From the NCBI RefSeq assembly GCF_001194135.2, contig NC_068995.1:11744382-11780751 (forward strand): a DNA stretch of 36,370 nt, written 5' to 3'. The DNA comes from Octopus bimaculoides. Its lineage: Eukaryota. The notes below the pieces were generated by a model. It had not been told where the DNA came from. It was given only the letters and a program-made list of their open reading frames with translations, and made no database searches. A program made the position numbers and the translations under genes. This document shows positions 11,790 through 23,017 of the stretch, piece after piece; the stretch's first letter is position 1; each line of letters begins with the position of its first letter.

Positions 11790-11940
11790 TACGACGAGGT
11801 TCTTCCAGATTCCCTCTACCAAATCCACTCACAAGGCTTTGGTCAGCCCGAGGCTATAGTAGAAGACACTTACCCAAGGTGCCACGCAGGACTATATGGC
11901 TGGTAAGCAAGCTACTTACCACACAGTCACTCCTGCACCT
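11790..11940 (-). mobile_element. SINE type B head
   Basis: Matches 3120-3285 (ctaccaaatccactcacaaggctttggtc...cttaccacacagtcactcctgcacct). Confidence 0.85.
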
Positions 11941-12168
11941 ATATATATATATATATATNNNNNNNNNNATATATATATATATATATATAGTATTCTTCTC
12001 AACTGTCCGACGAACGGAAACGTGAAACGCTGATTCACATTTTGGAAAAATTTGCAGGTTTAATAAAAGCATATTACTTCTACCGTTTGGTATTTGAATA
12101 CTATTTTCCCACCTCTTTTAGCATCTATGTGCGCTTACTTGTAAGTGTGCATGTGTGTATAATATGTT

Positions 12169-12208
<40 letters not shown>

Positions 12209-12731
12209 CTTTTTGTTGTTTTGTTATTATATTCTTTGTTGTTGTTGTTACTGAAGATTAACCAATAATAATCACCGTGAGGAAAATGTTATATAAGATT
12301 TCATCACACTTGACGCTATTATTTTTCATAATTTAAAAGTAATAAGTTTTCCACGAGCTTATCCTCACAACCATTTTTTTGTTCATAATATTACGTTAAG
12401 GTTTCTAATGTAGTTTTTCACTCTCTTTTTCTTTTCGTTCATTGCCAGTAAATAATACAAAAACCACACCTTCGTAGCGTCCATTGCCTTTAAATGGTTG
12501 AAAGGATATATTAATTTGAAATCTAATTTTTTTCTAATAAGGATGTTTATTATTATATAATAACCCCTTAAATACATAAGCTCAGTTTCTTTGTTCGGTT
12601 TATTTTTGAAACAGAATTAAAGAGAAGGAATAATTAAATTAGGAAATAGATTTCTAATGAACTTTGGTAACTTCAATTTTATTAATACTTTAATTAAATT
12701 TGCACTTATATATACTTATGTATGCATGTAT

Positions 12732-12786
<55 letters not shown>

Positions 12787-13543
12787 NNNNNNNNNNNNNN
12801 NNNNNNNNNNNNNNNNNNNNNNNNNNNNNNNNNNNNNNNNNNNNNNNNNNNNNNNNNNNNNNNNNNNNNNNNNNNNNNNNNNNNNNNNNNNNNNNNNNNN
12901 NNNNNNNNNNNNNNNNNNNNNNNNNNNNNNNNNNNNNNNNNNNNNNNNNNNNNNNNNNNNNNNNNNNNNNNNNNNNNNNNNNNNNNNNNNNNNNNNNNNN
13001 NNNNNNNNNNNNNNNNNNNNNNNNNNNNNNNNNNNNNNNNNNNNNNNNNNNNNNNNNNNNNNNNNNNNNNNNNNNNNNNNNNNNNNNNNNNNNNNNNNNN
13101 NNNNNNNNNNNNNNNNNNNNNNNNNNNNNNNNNNNNNNNNNNNNNNNNNNNNNNNNNNNNNNNNNNNNNNNNNNNNNNNNNNNNNNNNNNNNNNNNNNNN
13201 NNNNNNNNNNNNNNNNNNNNNNNNNNNNNNNNNNNNNNNNNNNNNNNNNNNNNNNNNNNNNNNNNNNNNNNNNNNNNNNNNNNNNNNNNNNNNNNNNNNN
13301 NNNNNNNNNNNNNNNNNNNNNNNNNNNNNNNNNNNNNNNNNNNNNNNNNNNNNNNNNNNNNNNNNNNNNNNNNNNNNNNNNNNNNNNNNNNNNNNNNNNN
13401 NNNNNNNNNNNNNNNNNNNNNNNNNNNNNNNNNNNNNNNNNNNNNNNNNNNNNNNNNNNNNNNNNNNNNNNNNNNNNNNNNNNNNNNNNNNNNNNNNNNN
13501 NNNNNNNNNNNNNNNNNNNNNNNNNNNNNNNNNNNNNNNNNNN

Positions 13544-13579
<36 letters not shown>

Positions 13580-14194
13580 GCGCACGTAAATGCTGTTTCC
13601 TTTTCATAGTTATTACTTCTACAAATAATTATTTTCCCTTAATGTAAATTACATTTAAAGGGTTCTTGTTACACAATTAAACCAAGTTCACTTAGAGCTG
13701 TGCTGTTGTGCATTAAGAGAGCAATTGAAAGAAAATACACAACCGCTTTAATTCATGATTTATACAACTTAAAAATGGGAGCCGCACATAAATGTGTCAA
13801 TAGGAGTTGCAGAGACAAAGTCTTGGTGTTAATAGTCCACCAAAAACACCGCCTTTGAGTCTGTAACCAACGCACTTAGCTCTCAAGCACCAACACTTTG
13901 TGAAATGTTTGTATTTTCTATTTGTGTACTAATTATTATTTTTCAACACAGACTATTACCAATGTTTTACTATTTATTATATTCCTTACTGATTCGGTAA
14001 CGATTGAAGTTTACCCTTCAGAAGTGTTTATCCTTCATAAGTGTTTATCCAGCTGACTGACCATCGACCGCCTTTTGCGTCTTGGAAACAAGCTGTCTTG
14101 ATCGCTCTGAAGGTGAATGCATTTCGCTAATGGTGCCTACGTAGAATACTGAAGCCCACCTACAGGGTCAGAATAAATTCTAAAATCCCGAGAA

Positions 14195-14518
14195 GAGCCA
14201 ATAAGTCCCAGCCGAGCACTGGTATCAATTTGATCGATTTAAGCCACCTCAACCCCGAAATTGCTGGTCTTGTGCCAAAATTTGAAATCGTTATTAGTGT
14301 TGTTTTTAAGGTAGTGTGCTGACAAAATCATTACCGCTGCGGACAAAATGCTTTTTTTGGGGGGGCTTTACGTTATGAGTTCAAATGCCGTCGAGGTTGA
14401 CTTTGCTTATCATACTTTCGGGGTCAAAATAAATACCAGTTGAACATTGTGGTCGATATAATCTACTTTTCCACCCACCCTCAAAATGTCAAACCTTGTG
14501 CCAATAGTAGAAAGAATT
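14195..14518 (+). mobile_element. Two tandem SINE type A pieces (3' fragment 14195-14290; diverged full copy 14309-14518)
   Basis: gctggtcttgtgccaaaatttgaaatc, then gagttcaaatgccgtcgaggttgac...ccttgtgccaatagtagaaagaat. Confidence 0.72.
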
Positions 14519-14718
14519 TCCTCTGTCTCCTGGCCCCAGAGCTGTTTTACTGCAGCCCACCAGGCCCCAGGGCTACCTTAGTGGAGCCCAACGTATTGTA
14601 ACTATTTGTTCGACGTTTCCAGTCTGATTACAATTTCTTACTTTTCTCCACTCGATAATAAAGACACGGAAAAAGTCATGGCATTGTCTCACACCTCTGA
14701 ATACGTCAGGCAACAAAG

Positions 14719-14795
14719 ATACATACATACATACATACACACATACATACACACATACATACATACATACATACATACATACATACATACATACA
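14719..14795. repeat. (TACA)n microsatellite
   Basis: Directly visible. Confidence 0.95.
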
Positions 14796-14807
14796 TAAAA
14801 GGGTAAA

Positions 14808-14895
14808 GGGTATTAGAGGACACTCGCTGAACCGGGTGTCACGCAGAGGGGCTGAAACCGAAATGATGTGGTTGCCATGCAAGCTTCGTAAGAGC
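14808..14895 (-). mobile_element. SINE type B head, degenerate fragment
   Basis: ggtgtcacgcagaggggctgaaaccgaaatgatgtggttg...aagctt resembles 3215-3260. Confidence 0.55.
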
Positions 14896-15544
14896 GGTTA
14901 ATTTCTATCAGTTACTACAAATCATTCGTTTCTTAGCACAATAGTAGCCTTGGTCGGGTATAGCAATATTCAAAGACCATACAGTCGTGACTATCCCATC
15001 TTAAATTCACAACACATATTTACTCCATTACCCAGTATAATTTTTTTTTTCCATTTTTCTTCTAAATGATAAACCGTGCGATCTGAGGCAGTATTGTTTG
15101 CTATATTTATCAAGGAGATCGACCAAGCAAAGAATCCCTTGTGTGCACGTATTACAATTCAGCTTAATAACATTCCACCATAAGCCTATAGCGAACTACC
15201 TGAACTAAGATGGTGGTTCAGTATCTGATGCAGACATATAATTGTGACTCGCTGAAGAACACTTAATTCTAGATTGCTTCAGTCCAATTAACTGTCAGCA
15301 ATAGATATCAAAATATATAAGAAAAAAGCCAATTATGATAATAAGTTAATGGACAGTATAGAAAAGTATTAATAATGGTTTCTGTTCTTCGGTTAGTAAT
15401 AGTCTTTGGTAAGAGATTATTAATTTTGTTTTTGCAGAGCTGTGAATTAGTAGAATGTTTAGCGCATCGAATGCGGCATTCATTTGTGTTTCTTCATGTT
15501 GTAAGTTCAGATGTTGTCGATGGTCAATGAGGAAAATACTTAAG

Positions 15545-15910
15545 GGAGGGAATGAGTATTGGGTCGAGCGGTTGAATGAAGAAAAGAGTATTGGGATGAT
15601 CAGTTGAGTGGAAGACTGAGCATTGGGTTTAACAGTTGAGAGGAGAAATGAGGTTTGGATCGAGCAGTTGAGTGAAGGAGTGAATATTGAGTCGAATAGC
15701 TAAGTGAAGGAATGAGATGATAAATCGAGTGAGGGTAAGAGAAATGGTTTGACTTGTTCAGAAAAGGAAGGAAGTTAGAGGCGACTAGTAAAGTGAGGGA
15801 TTGAGTATTGGCTGGTTAAGTAAGGAAATGTTTACTAAATCGACTAGTAGAGTGAAAGAATGGGTGCTGGGTAGACAAACTGAGTGAAGGAATGGGTATT
15901 CAGTCAACTT
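15545..15910. repeat. Degenerate 32-bp-period minisatellite, about 11 units
   Basis: gagtattggg-like anchors at 15554, 15586, 15618, 15650, 15682 and 15714 (all 32 apart), and again at 15862 and 15894. Approximate consensus gaatgagtattgggtcgagcagttgagtgaag. Confidence 0.85.
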
Positions 15911-15919
15911 ATTGTTGGC

Positions 15920-16345
15920 ACACCGGACAGATTGTGTAGCGGCATTTCTCCCGTCTTTAGGTTCTGAGTTCAAATTTTGTCGATGTGGATTTTGTCTTTC
16001 GAGGGTCGATAAAATAAGTAACACTTGAGCCCTGGGGTCGATGTAAACGACAAGCCCCCCTCCTCACCACCACCATTTCTTCCAAACTCAGGTCTTGTGC
16101 CTATAGAAATAAGGATATTTAAATAATAGTTTGTAAATGTGGGGAGCTGGCAGAATCGTTAAGGTATCGGGGGGGTGCATTGTGATATTTGTTCCACACA
16201 TCATCGTTCTGGGTTCGAATCTTACCGAAATCATCTTTGTTTTTTATCCCTCCGGGGTCAGTAAAATACAAGTCATGTACTATGATGGATGGTATCGACA
16301 TGACCCTCCCTTCAAAATTGTTACTAATGTACCGAAATCAGGAAC
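15920..16345 (+). mobile_element. Two tandem SINE type A copies (15920-16117, 5'-truncated; 16140-16345, old)
   Basis: gcggcatttctcccgtctttaggttctgagttcaaatt...ggtcttgtgcctatagaaataaggat, then ggggagctggcagaatcgtt...gggttcgaatc. Confidence 0.72.
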
Positions 16346-16962
16346 TTTTATTAATAATTATTTCTCGAGGCCTGATATTTGAAGAAAGTTTGAAGTTCAT
16401 ACGATGGACCCCACTATTTCATTGGTACTTTATCATATCGTCATATCGACCTCCGAGTTACATGAGTCGTAAATGAATGCAAATATTTCTACCCAAAGAT
16501 TGAAGCTACCTCGTATTATAGGTTTGTCTCCCGAGAATCACGTGCTATTAAATAATTTGAACTACTTAGAATAAATCTAACAGAGTGTATATGTTATCAT
16601 ATAAGGAGGAACGCGTGCATAGGTATAAGGTTGAATAAGCAGAGGGTACACATACATACACAAATATACATACATGTATATATATACACACACATATATA
16701 TATATGGGGGGGGGGTATGTTTGTAAACACACATAGACATACACACACAAACACACATATATCGATCTTTATCTTCAAAACATTTTCATATCTAACAGAT
16801 TTCAAATATAGAGATGACAAATAAAAGAACCCCAAGAACTGATAATAAATTCTGCGTTATTATTCTTTAAAGAATTATCTCCACGAATGCAAAAATATAT
16901 TGAAATGTTAGAGGACACATTATGCCAAAAAATAAATACATAAATAAATGAAATAAATAATA

Positions 16963-16995
<33 letters not shown>

Positions 16996-18737
16996 GCATA
17001 TATATATATNNNNNNNNNNNNNNNNNNNNNNNNNNNNNNNNNNNNNNNNNNNNNNNNNNNNNNNNNNNNNNNNNNNNNNNNNNNNNNNNNNNNNNNNNNN
17101 NNNNNNNNNNNNNNNNNNNNNNNNNNNNNNNNNNNNNNNNNNNNNNNNNNNNNNNNNNNNNNNNNNNNNNNNNNNNNNNNNNNNNNNNNNNNNNNNNNNN
17201 NNNNNNNNNNNNNNNNNNNNNNNNNNNNNNNNNNNNNNNNNNNNNNNNNNNNNNNNNNNNNNNNNNNNNNNNNNNNNNNNNNNNNNNNNNNNNNNNNNNN
17301 NNNNNNNNNNNNNNNNNNNNNNNNNNNNNNNNNNNNNNNNNNNNNNNNNNNNNNNNNNNNNNNNNNNNNNNNNNNNNNNNNNNNNNNNNNNNNNNNNNNN
17401 NNNNNNNNNNNNNNNNNNNNNNNNNNNNNNNNNNNNNNNNNNNNNNNNNNNNNNNNNNNNNNNNNNNNNNNNNNNNNNNNNNNNNNNNNNNNNNNNNNNN
17501 NNNNNNNNNNNNNNNNNNNNNNNNNNNNNNNNNNNNNNNNNNNNNNNNNNNNNNNNNNNNNNNNNNNNNNNNNNNNNNNNNNNNNNNNNNNNNNNNNNNN
17601 NNNNNNNNNNNNNNNNNNNNNNNNNNNNNNNNNNNNNNNNNNNNNNNNNNNNNNNNNNNNNNNNNNNNNNNNNNNNNNNNNNNNNNNNNNNNNNNNNNNN
17701 NNNNNNNNNNNNNNNNNNNNNNNNNNNNNNNNNNNNNNNNNNNNNNNNNNNNNNNNNNNNNNNNNNNNNNNNNNNNNNNNNNNNNNNNNNNNNNNNNNNN
17801 NNNNNNNNNNNNNNNNNNNNNNNNNNNNNNNNNNNNNNNNNNNNNNNNNNNNNNNNNNNNNNNNNNNNNNNNNNNNNNNNNNNNNNNNNNNNNNNNNNNN
17901 NNNNNNNNNNNNNNNNNNNNNNNNNNNNNNNNNNNNNNNNNNNNNNNNNNNNNNNAAATGATGAAATGCAATTTTAAAGAATTATATTGTGTAGTTCATC
18001 AAATATTTATCAAAGAAAAGAACTTCTCGCACGGAACTGCTTCACCGTGAAATCACAACTACGTTGCCAATTCATCTCGCATCAGTAGAAATCCAGTTGA
18101 AAAATAAACATCTCGAGAGATAAAAGAATGAAACGTGACACCATATATAATTGAATAAGGATTGCTGCAAATCCCATAAATCATGGAATTCTATTTCGCA
18201 CTTCTATTTCTCTAATTAGTCACCTTGATGACATGCTGTGTATCAGGGACATTTCAACCCAGTTGTTGTCAAGGTTTCTGCTGTTTAGACTGACCCAGGT
18301 TACACCCTAACCGAGTACAAATATGGCCAAAGATATTCTGGCCTTGACCGTTCCGTTTGTTTCAGTAGAACTTCGTTATTAAATGTGTCCTGTTATATCT
18401 CGGGAGGGTCATTATCCCAATAATAAAAGCACGTATATTGGCTCTATTGCACTTCTTTCTTTTTTTTTAATTATTTCTATTAATTGGTTATCTATCTAAC
18501 CAATTAATTAATTGGTTGTTTGATGTGATCAATCTTGTGGTTAATCATTCAATCAGACCTTGAATAGAAAGGCCATGTCATTTATGTGATCGCGAATGGC
18601 GACGATAGAAGTTTCTACTTTCTCCCGTAAGAGTTGTTGCTGACATAGGCCATCATCGATTTGATCGGAATTAGAATATCATCCAGGACAATAGTGGAAA
18701 TGAACTCGGTATAGCGATCGAACAAACAAATGTTATA

Positions 18738-18825
18738 TTACATTATTTACATTTGACGGATATTTGTCCCCATCTTGTTTGTTGTTAACACAACGTTTCG
18801 GCTGATATACCCTCCAGCCTTCATC
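18738..18825 (-). mobile_element. Penelope-like repeat fragment containing a truncated minimal hammerhead-ribozyme motif
   Basis: The minus strand reads GAUGA-A-GGCUG-(10 nt)-CAGCC-GAAAC-GUU-GUGUU, with a 5-bp stem II, an intact GAAA and palindromic AACGUU. This layout is established for Penelope-associated minimal hammerheads. The Penelope assignment rests only on this motif. Confidence 0.55.
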
Positions 18826-18943
18826 CGAAAGGATAAAAGGCAAAGTCGACCTCAGCGGAATTTGAACTCAGAACGTAACGGCAAACGAAATAACGCTAAG
18901 CACTTCGCCCGGCGTGCAAACGAGTCTGCCAGATCACCGTCTT
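18826..18943 (-). mobile_element. SINE type A, 5' half
   Basis: cgaaaggataaaaggcaaagtcgacctcagcggaatttgaactcagaacgtaa...ctgccagatcaccgtctt is the reverse complement of the type A head. Confidence 0.88.
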
Positions 18944-18954
18944 GAGCAGAATGA

Positions 18955-19104
18955 TATTTATTTCTTTATTGCCCACAAGGGGCTAAAGATAGAGGGGACA
19001 AACAAGGACAGACAAAGGGATTAAGTTGATTACATCGACCTCAGTGCGTAATTGGTACTTATTTAATCGACTCCGATAGATGAAGAGCAAAGTCGACCTC
19101 GGCG
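18955..19104 (-). mobile_element. SINE type A variant, 3' half with a different tail
   Basis: Shares aagtcgacctcgg and ttggtacttatttaatcgac with type A. On the minus strand it ends in aatccctttgtctgtccttgtttgtcccctctatctttagccccttgtgggcaataaagaaataa. Confidence 0.7.
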
Positions 19105-19260
19105 ATATTCTATCCTGATAACTTCGAAAGCCTTGTGTCCGGGTATGCGAAGCTTGTAGCTGATATGACTTGTATCTGCATGATGTTTGCAATTAATGTG
19201 TGTGTGTGTAAAAACATTGTAGTATGCTATGTAAGTTTTATCCACATTTATTGGATAGAG

Positions 19261-19473
19261 CATTGGTTCCTAACATGGGGTCTGCAAACACCTGTTGGTC
19301 TACAAATGTAGTACTGGGGGTCCGTGAACTAAATTCAAAATCTTATATATATATATATATATGTATTTACATAAGGATAAGCAAATTAAAGAGGTCTGTG
19401 GGAAAACTCATCTAAATAAAAGGGTTGGGGATAAAAGGGCTGGAAACCACTGGGAAAAGGTTGGGAACCACTG
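19261..19473. mobile_element. hAT (Charlie-like) MITE with 8-bp TSD
   Basis: Left TIR cattggttcctaac and right TIR gttgggaaccactg (reverse complement cagtggttcccaac). Flanks ggatagag (19253-60) and ggattgag (19474-81) match at 7/8 and fit the NNNTANNN target of Charlie-type hATs. Confidence 0.85.
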
Positions 19474-19706
19474 GGATTGAGGATTTCATCATACAGGTTA
19501 AATGCTCTTTCTACCATTCATTTTCAGGCTGAGTGAAATGGCAGAAGGACTTGTNNNNNNNNNNTAAATAAAGACTGGCTTTCAATTTATTTCCTATCAT
19601 TTGTTTCTCTATCTTTCAGTCTATCTATCTGTATGTATGTATAAAGGATATCTTAGCTAGAACAGCTAAGTAACTGCTTGTTCACGGTTGGTCAGGGATA
19701 CACAAC

Positions 19707-19766
<60 letters not shown>
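19707..19766. repeat. (AAT)n microsatellite
   Basis: About 20 perfect units. Confidence 0.97.
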
Positions 19767-19768
<2 letters not shown>

Positions 19769-20759
19769 CAGCAGCAGCTGGTATCTCAATAGATTATATT
19801 TTGAAGCTACGCTGTATAAATAGGTTTCCAGTATTAGAACTGTTTGTATGATTTTTTTACAAAGCAGGACATATTTATTTATTTATTTTTTTTAGATTCT
19901 GTTATTTTACGACAAAACACAAATAAATATAGCTGCTATTTCTCGTAGGTCGTGTGACCACGTCATGGTTCTTCATCTACGCCTCGCTTTTAAACTACTT
20001 TCATTTTCATGTAGTATGGTCACAATGAAAAAAATTAGTTGATATGATTTAATATATATATATCAAACTCTATCGAATTTCACATTTGACAGGAATGATA
20101 AGAAGTGAAATGAATTGAAAAGAAATGAAATTCTGAAATGTCCTATATTAAATCTCATTCTTTATCGAAATTCATGATTGTGCCGATATAAATGCAGTTA
20201 TTTTTAGTGACTCGAATCCTTTAGACACAATTCTACAATTCACTATTGTATTAATAGCAAAACAATATTAATATATTGTTTTGCTATTGATAACATAGCG
20301 AGAAAATATATTTCTAGCAAATATAGGTTAAAACCAAACTTTAAGGAAACTGAAAAAATAACAAAATAAATAAATATAAATAAAATAAGTATCTAAAGAA
20401 ATCAAATACAAAAAAAAAAAAGACTTGTTCGACCGAATGAAAAATGTGTGGTTGTCACGTTTAAATATTTGTACTTGTGAAAGAAAATATTTTTTTTCTT
20501 CTACTTCTGGTTTAAATTTCATCGTGCTTGTTTATATGGGATGACTAGCTCATAAATTTATTCATAATATCAATTCTATGTTGCAAGAAAAAGAAAAAAA
20601 ATTATTTTTAAGTCTACAAATAATTTTTCGTTCTTTTTTTTCTTAATTTTATTTTCGTTCCAACTTAGTTGTATAGTGGCAATGCTTATACGCTCTCAGA
20701 ATGTTACATAAGTGAAACTGTTTCGATTCTCAGCTGAGCTAGTCTTATCTCGTTTGTAA

Positions 20760-21065
20760 CCACTGCAAAGCGGCTTAGTCCAGTGTCTACTACAATAGCC
20801 CTAAACCGACGAATTGCTTTTAATTGAATTTACTTGACGGAAATTGTGCGGAATCCCATCATATTGTGTGTTTGTCTTCCACCATTACTACTTGATAACC
20901 GATGTTAGTTTGTTTACGTACCTTTAACGGAATCGTTCTGCATATATGGTCCATAGTATAAGTTTTACACTTCAAAATTCAGTATTACGATTAATTTGAT
21001 AGACTAAACTTTTGAAGGCAATGCTCCAGCATGACCGCAGTCTAATGAAGGAAATAGGTAATAAA
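20760..21065 (+). mobile_element. SINE type B, old degenerate copy
   Basis: gtgtctactacaatagcc...cttgataaccgatgttagtttgtttacgtacc...gaaggcaatgctccagcatgaccgcagtctaatg. Confidence 0.6.
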
Positions 21066-22069
21066 ATACGATAAATTAGATATATACGAAAGCCTGTACT
21101 GCTTTAGTCTAGGACTTGTGTCACTGATTTCATTATAGAATAATTAAACGGGCTCAGGGGGACACAAAATAAAATACAAAAGCTATTTAACTCGTGTAAA
21201 TAGAAACGCAAACACCGCACAGCTATACACACGGCAGGATTCTGCACGCTTCTGTCTGCAATTTTCCATCTCAGGGCAAAGTATTTTTCAGTCTGGGGTC
21301 TTGCTCAAAGTAACAAGCGAGTAAGGGCGAAATTGAAAGTACGCGATAACGAAACGAACTTTTGAACTGCATAATTATGTTTGCACCTGTGACGGACATA
21401 GAAAGGATAGCACACTTCACATTTTCTTGTCCATCAAATTCCCCTGACAAGGCAAAACATTTGTCATCTCACGGCCTTGCTCGACGTGTAGCGTAATGGG
21501 GGACGAGCTAATACCAAACCACATGGATATGAAGCCACTTCTGAATTACACAACTATGACGGCGCCTGTAACACAGTTACATACAACTTTCCACGTACGT
21601 TTATGTCTACGAAATACCACTCGGGAAGCAATGCATTCCTCGCTCAAAGAATAACGAGAAGGAAAGAAAGAATAGCGATTATAAAATGAGTCTTGAACAT
21701 CAAACTATGTGCACTCGACAGCATTCCACATAGTTTTTGTCCACGAAATTCTGCTCATGAAGCAAATCATTTGTGAACCCGCAGCCTTACTCACAGTGTA
21801 ACAATTGGTCCTGAATGGGAACGAGATTACAAACCACGAAATTACTAAACGAACTTTTGAATATCAAGACTATAACGTCTGCGCCTGTGAAACATACACA
21901 TGACAGCCTTCAGCACAGCTGTTGTCCACAGGCGGCCTTGCTGCGATATGTAACGAGTGTAACCAAACTGACTCAAGACCATGTGATTACGAAGCGATGT
22001 TTTGAACACCATGAGTACGACTGCGCTTGTGTTTTAACTATTTCAATTACTTTGCTGTATACTTTAAGG

Positions 22070-22510
22070 GCTAGGTTCAGGCGTGGCGGTGTGATAAGAA
22101 ATTTGCTTCCCTACTACGTGGTTCCATTCCAGTCCCATAGTGTGTCACCTTGGGCAAGTGTCTTCTATCATAGCCTCGGGAGGACCAAAGGCTTGCGAGT
22201 GGGGTTTTCTAGATGGAAACCTGTCGTATATACATATATACATACGCAAAATTTAGTTTAGTTAAAATGTTTGTGACATATTTCAACTGCTAAAAGGCAA
22301 ATACACTGCAGTTACCGCGGCGTCTCTTTGTCTCTGTGTTTATACCCCATCACCACTTGACAAATGGTGTTCGTGCGTTTAAGTTCCCGTGTTCGAGCGG
22401 TTCGGCAAAAGAGATGAATTGAATAAGTACCATGCTTACAAAAAGTACGTTCTTCAAGCTTCTGCTAAAGCATGGCCGCACTCTATTGACTGAAACAAAT
22501 AAAAGACAAA
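22070..22510 (+). mobile_element. SINE type B, near full length
   Basis: ggcgtggcggtgtgataag...caccttgggcaagtgtcttctatcatagcctcggg...gagcggttcggcaaaagaga...gactgaaacaaataaaagac. Confidence 0.82.
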
Positions 22511-23017
22511 CGATGAGTCATAAACGTTTCACACTCCATTCAGTAATTTACTTAAGCATAACAGATTGGGTGATGGTGCCATAAACCTTTTAAGTCTCGT
22601 GTGGGCAGATTATATTCCACCGCTGTAGTAATCTGAGTTGTTGCACACTATTGTTTTTTTTTTGTTTTTTTTTTGGTGATGACGGGTAGGGAACCTAAAT
22701 ATCGTGGGATACAATAAAGTTGGCAAATATGTTTTCTTTGCATAAACTTAGAAATCAGAACTAAGAACACGTCAAGTCTGATTTAGATTTAACACACTAC
22801 CAGTCTTAATGAAGACAAAAACATGGCAACCATATAACACCAATGGCGTCTGAATTAGTGAAATGTTTACGACACCATAAAAAAGAAATGAGCCACGTTT
22901 ATTAATCAGTATACTTACGTGTATAGAATTACTTACTATAGAACACCCTTCCCCCCACTCTCTCTCTCTCTTTCTCTCTCTCACTCTTTCTCTCTCGTTT
23001 TCCTTCTTGTTACTTAC

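Noticed and set aside
14530-14580. Collagen-like PGPR/PPGP codons
   Set aside because: Only two short ggccccag motifs and no sustained Gly-X-Y frame.
21815-22261. 148-aa plus-strand ORF
   Set aside because: No recognisable domain, and the last ~60 codons run through a SINE B head.
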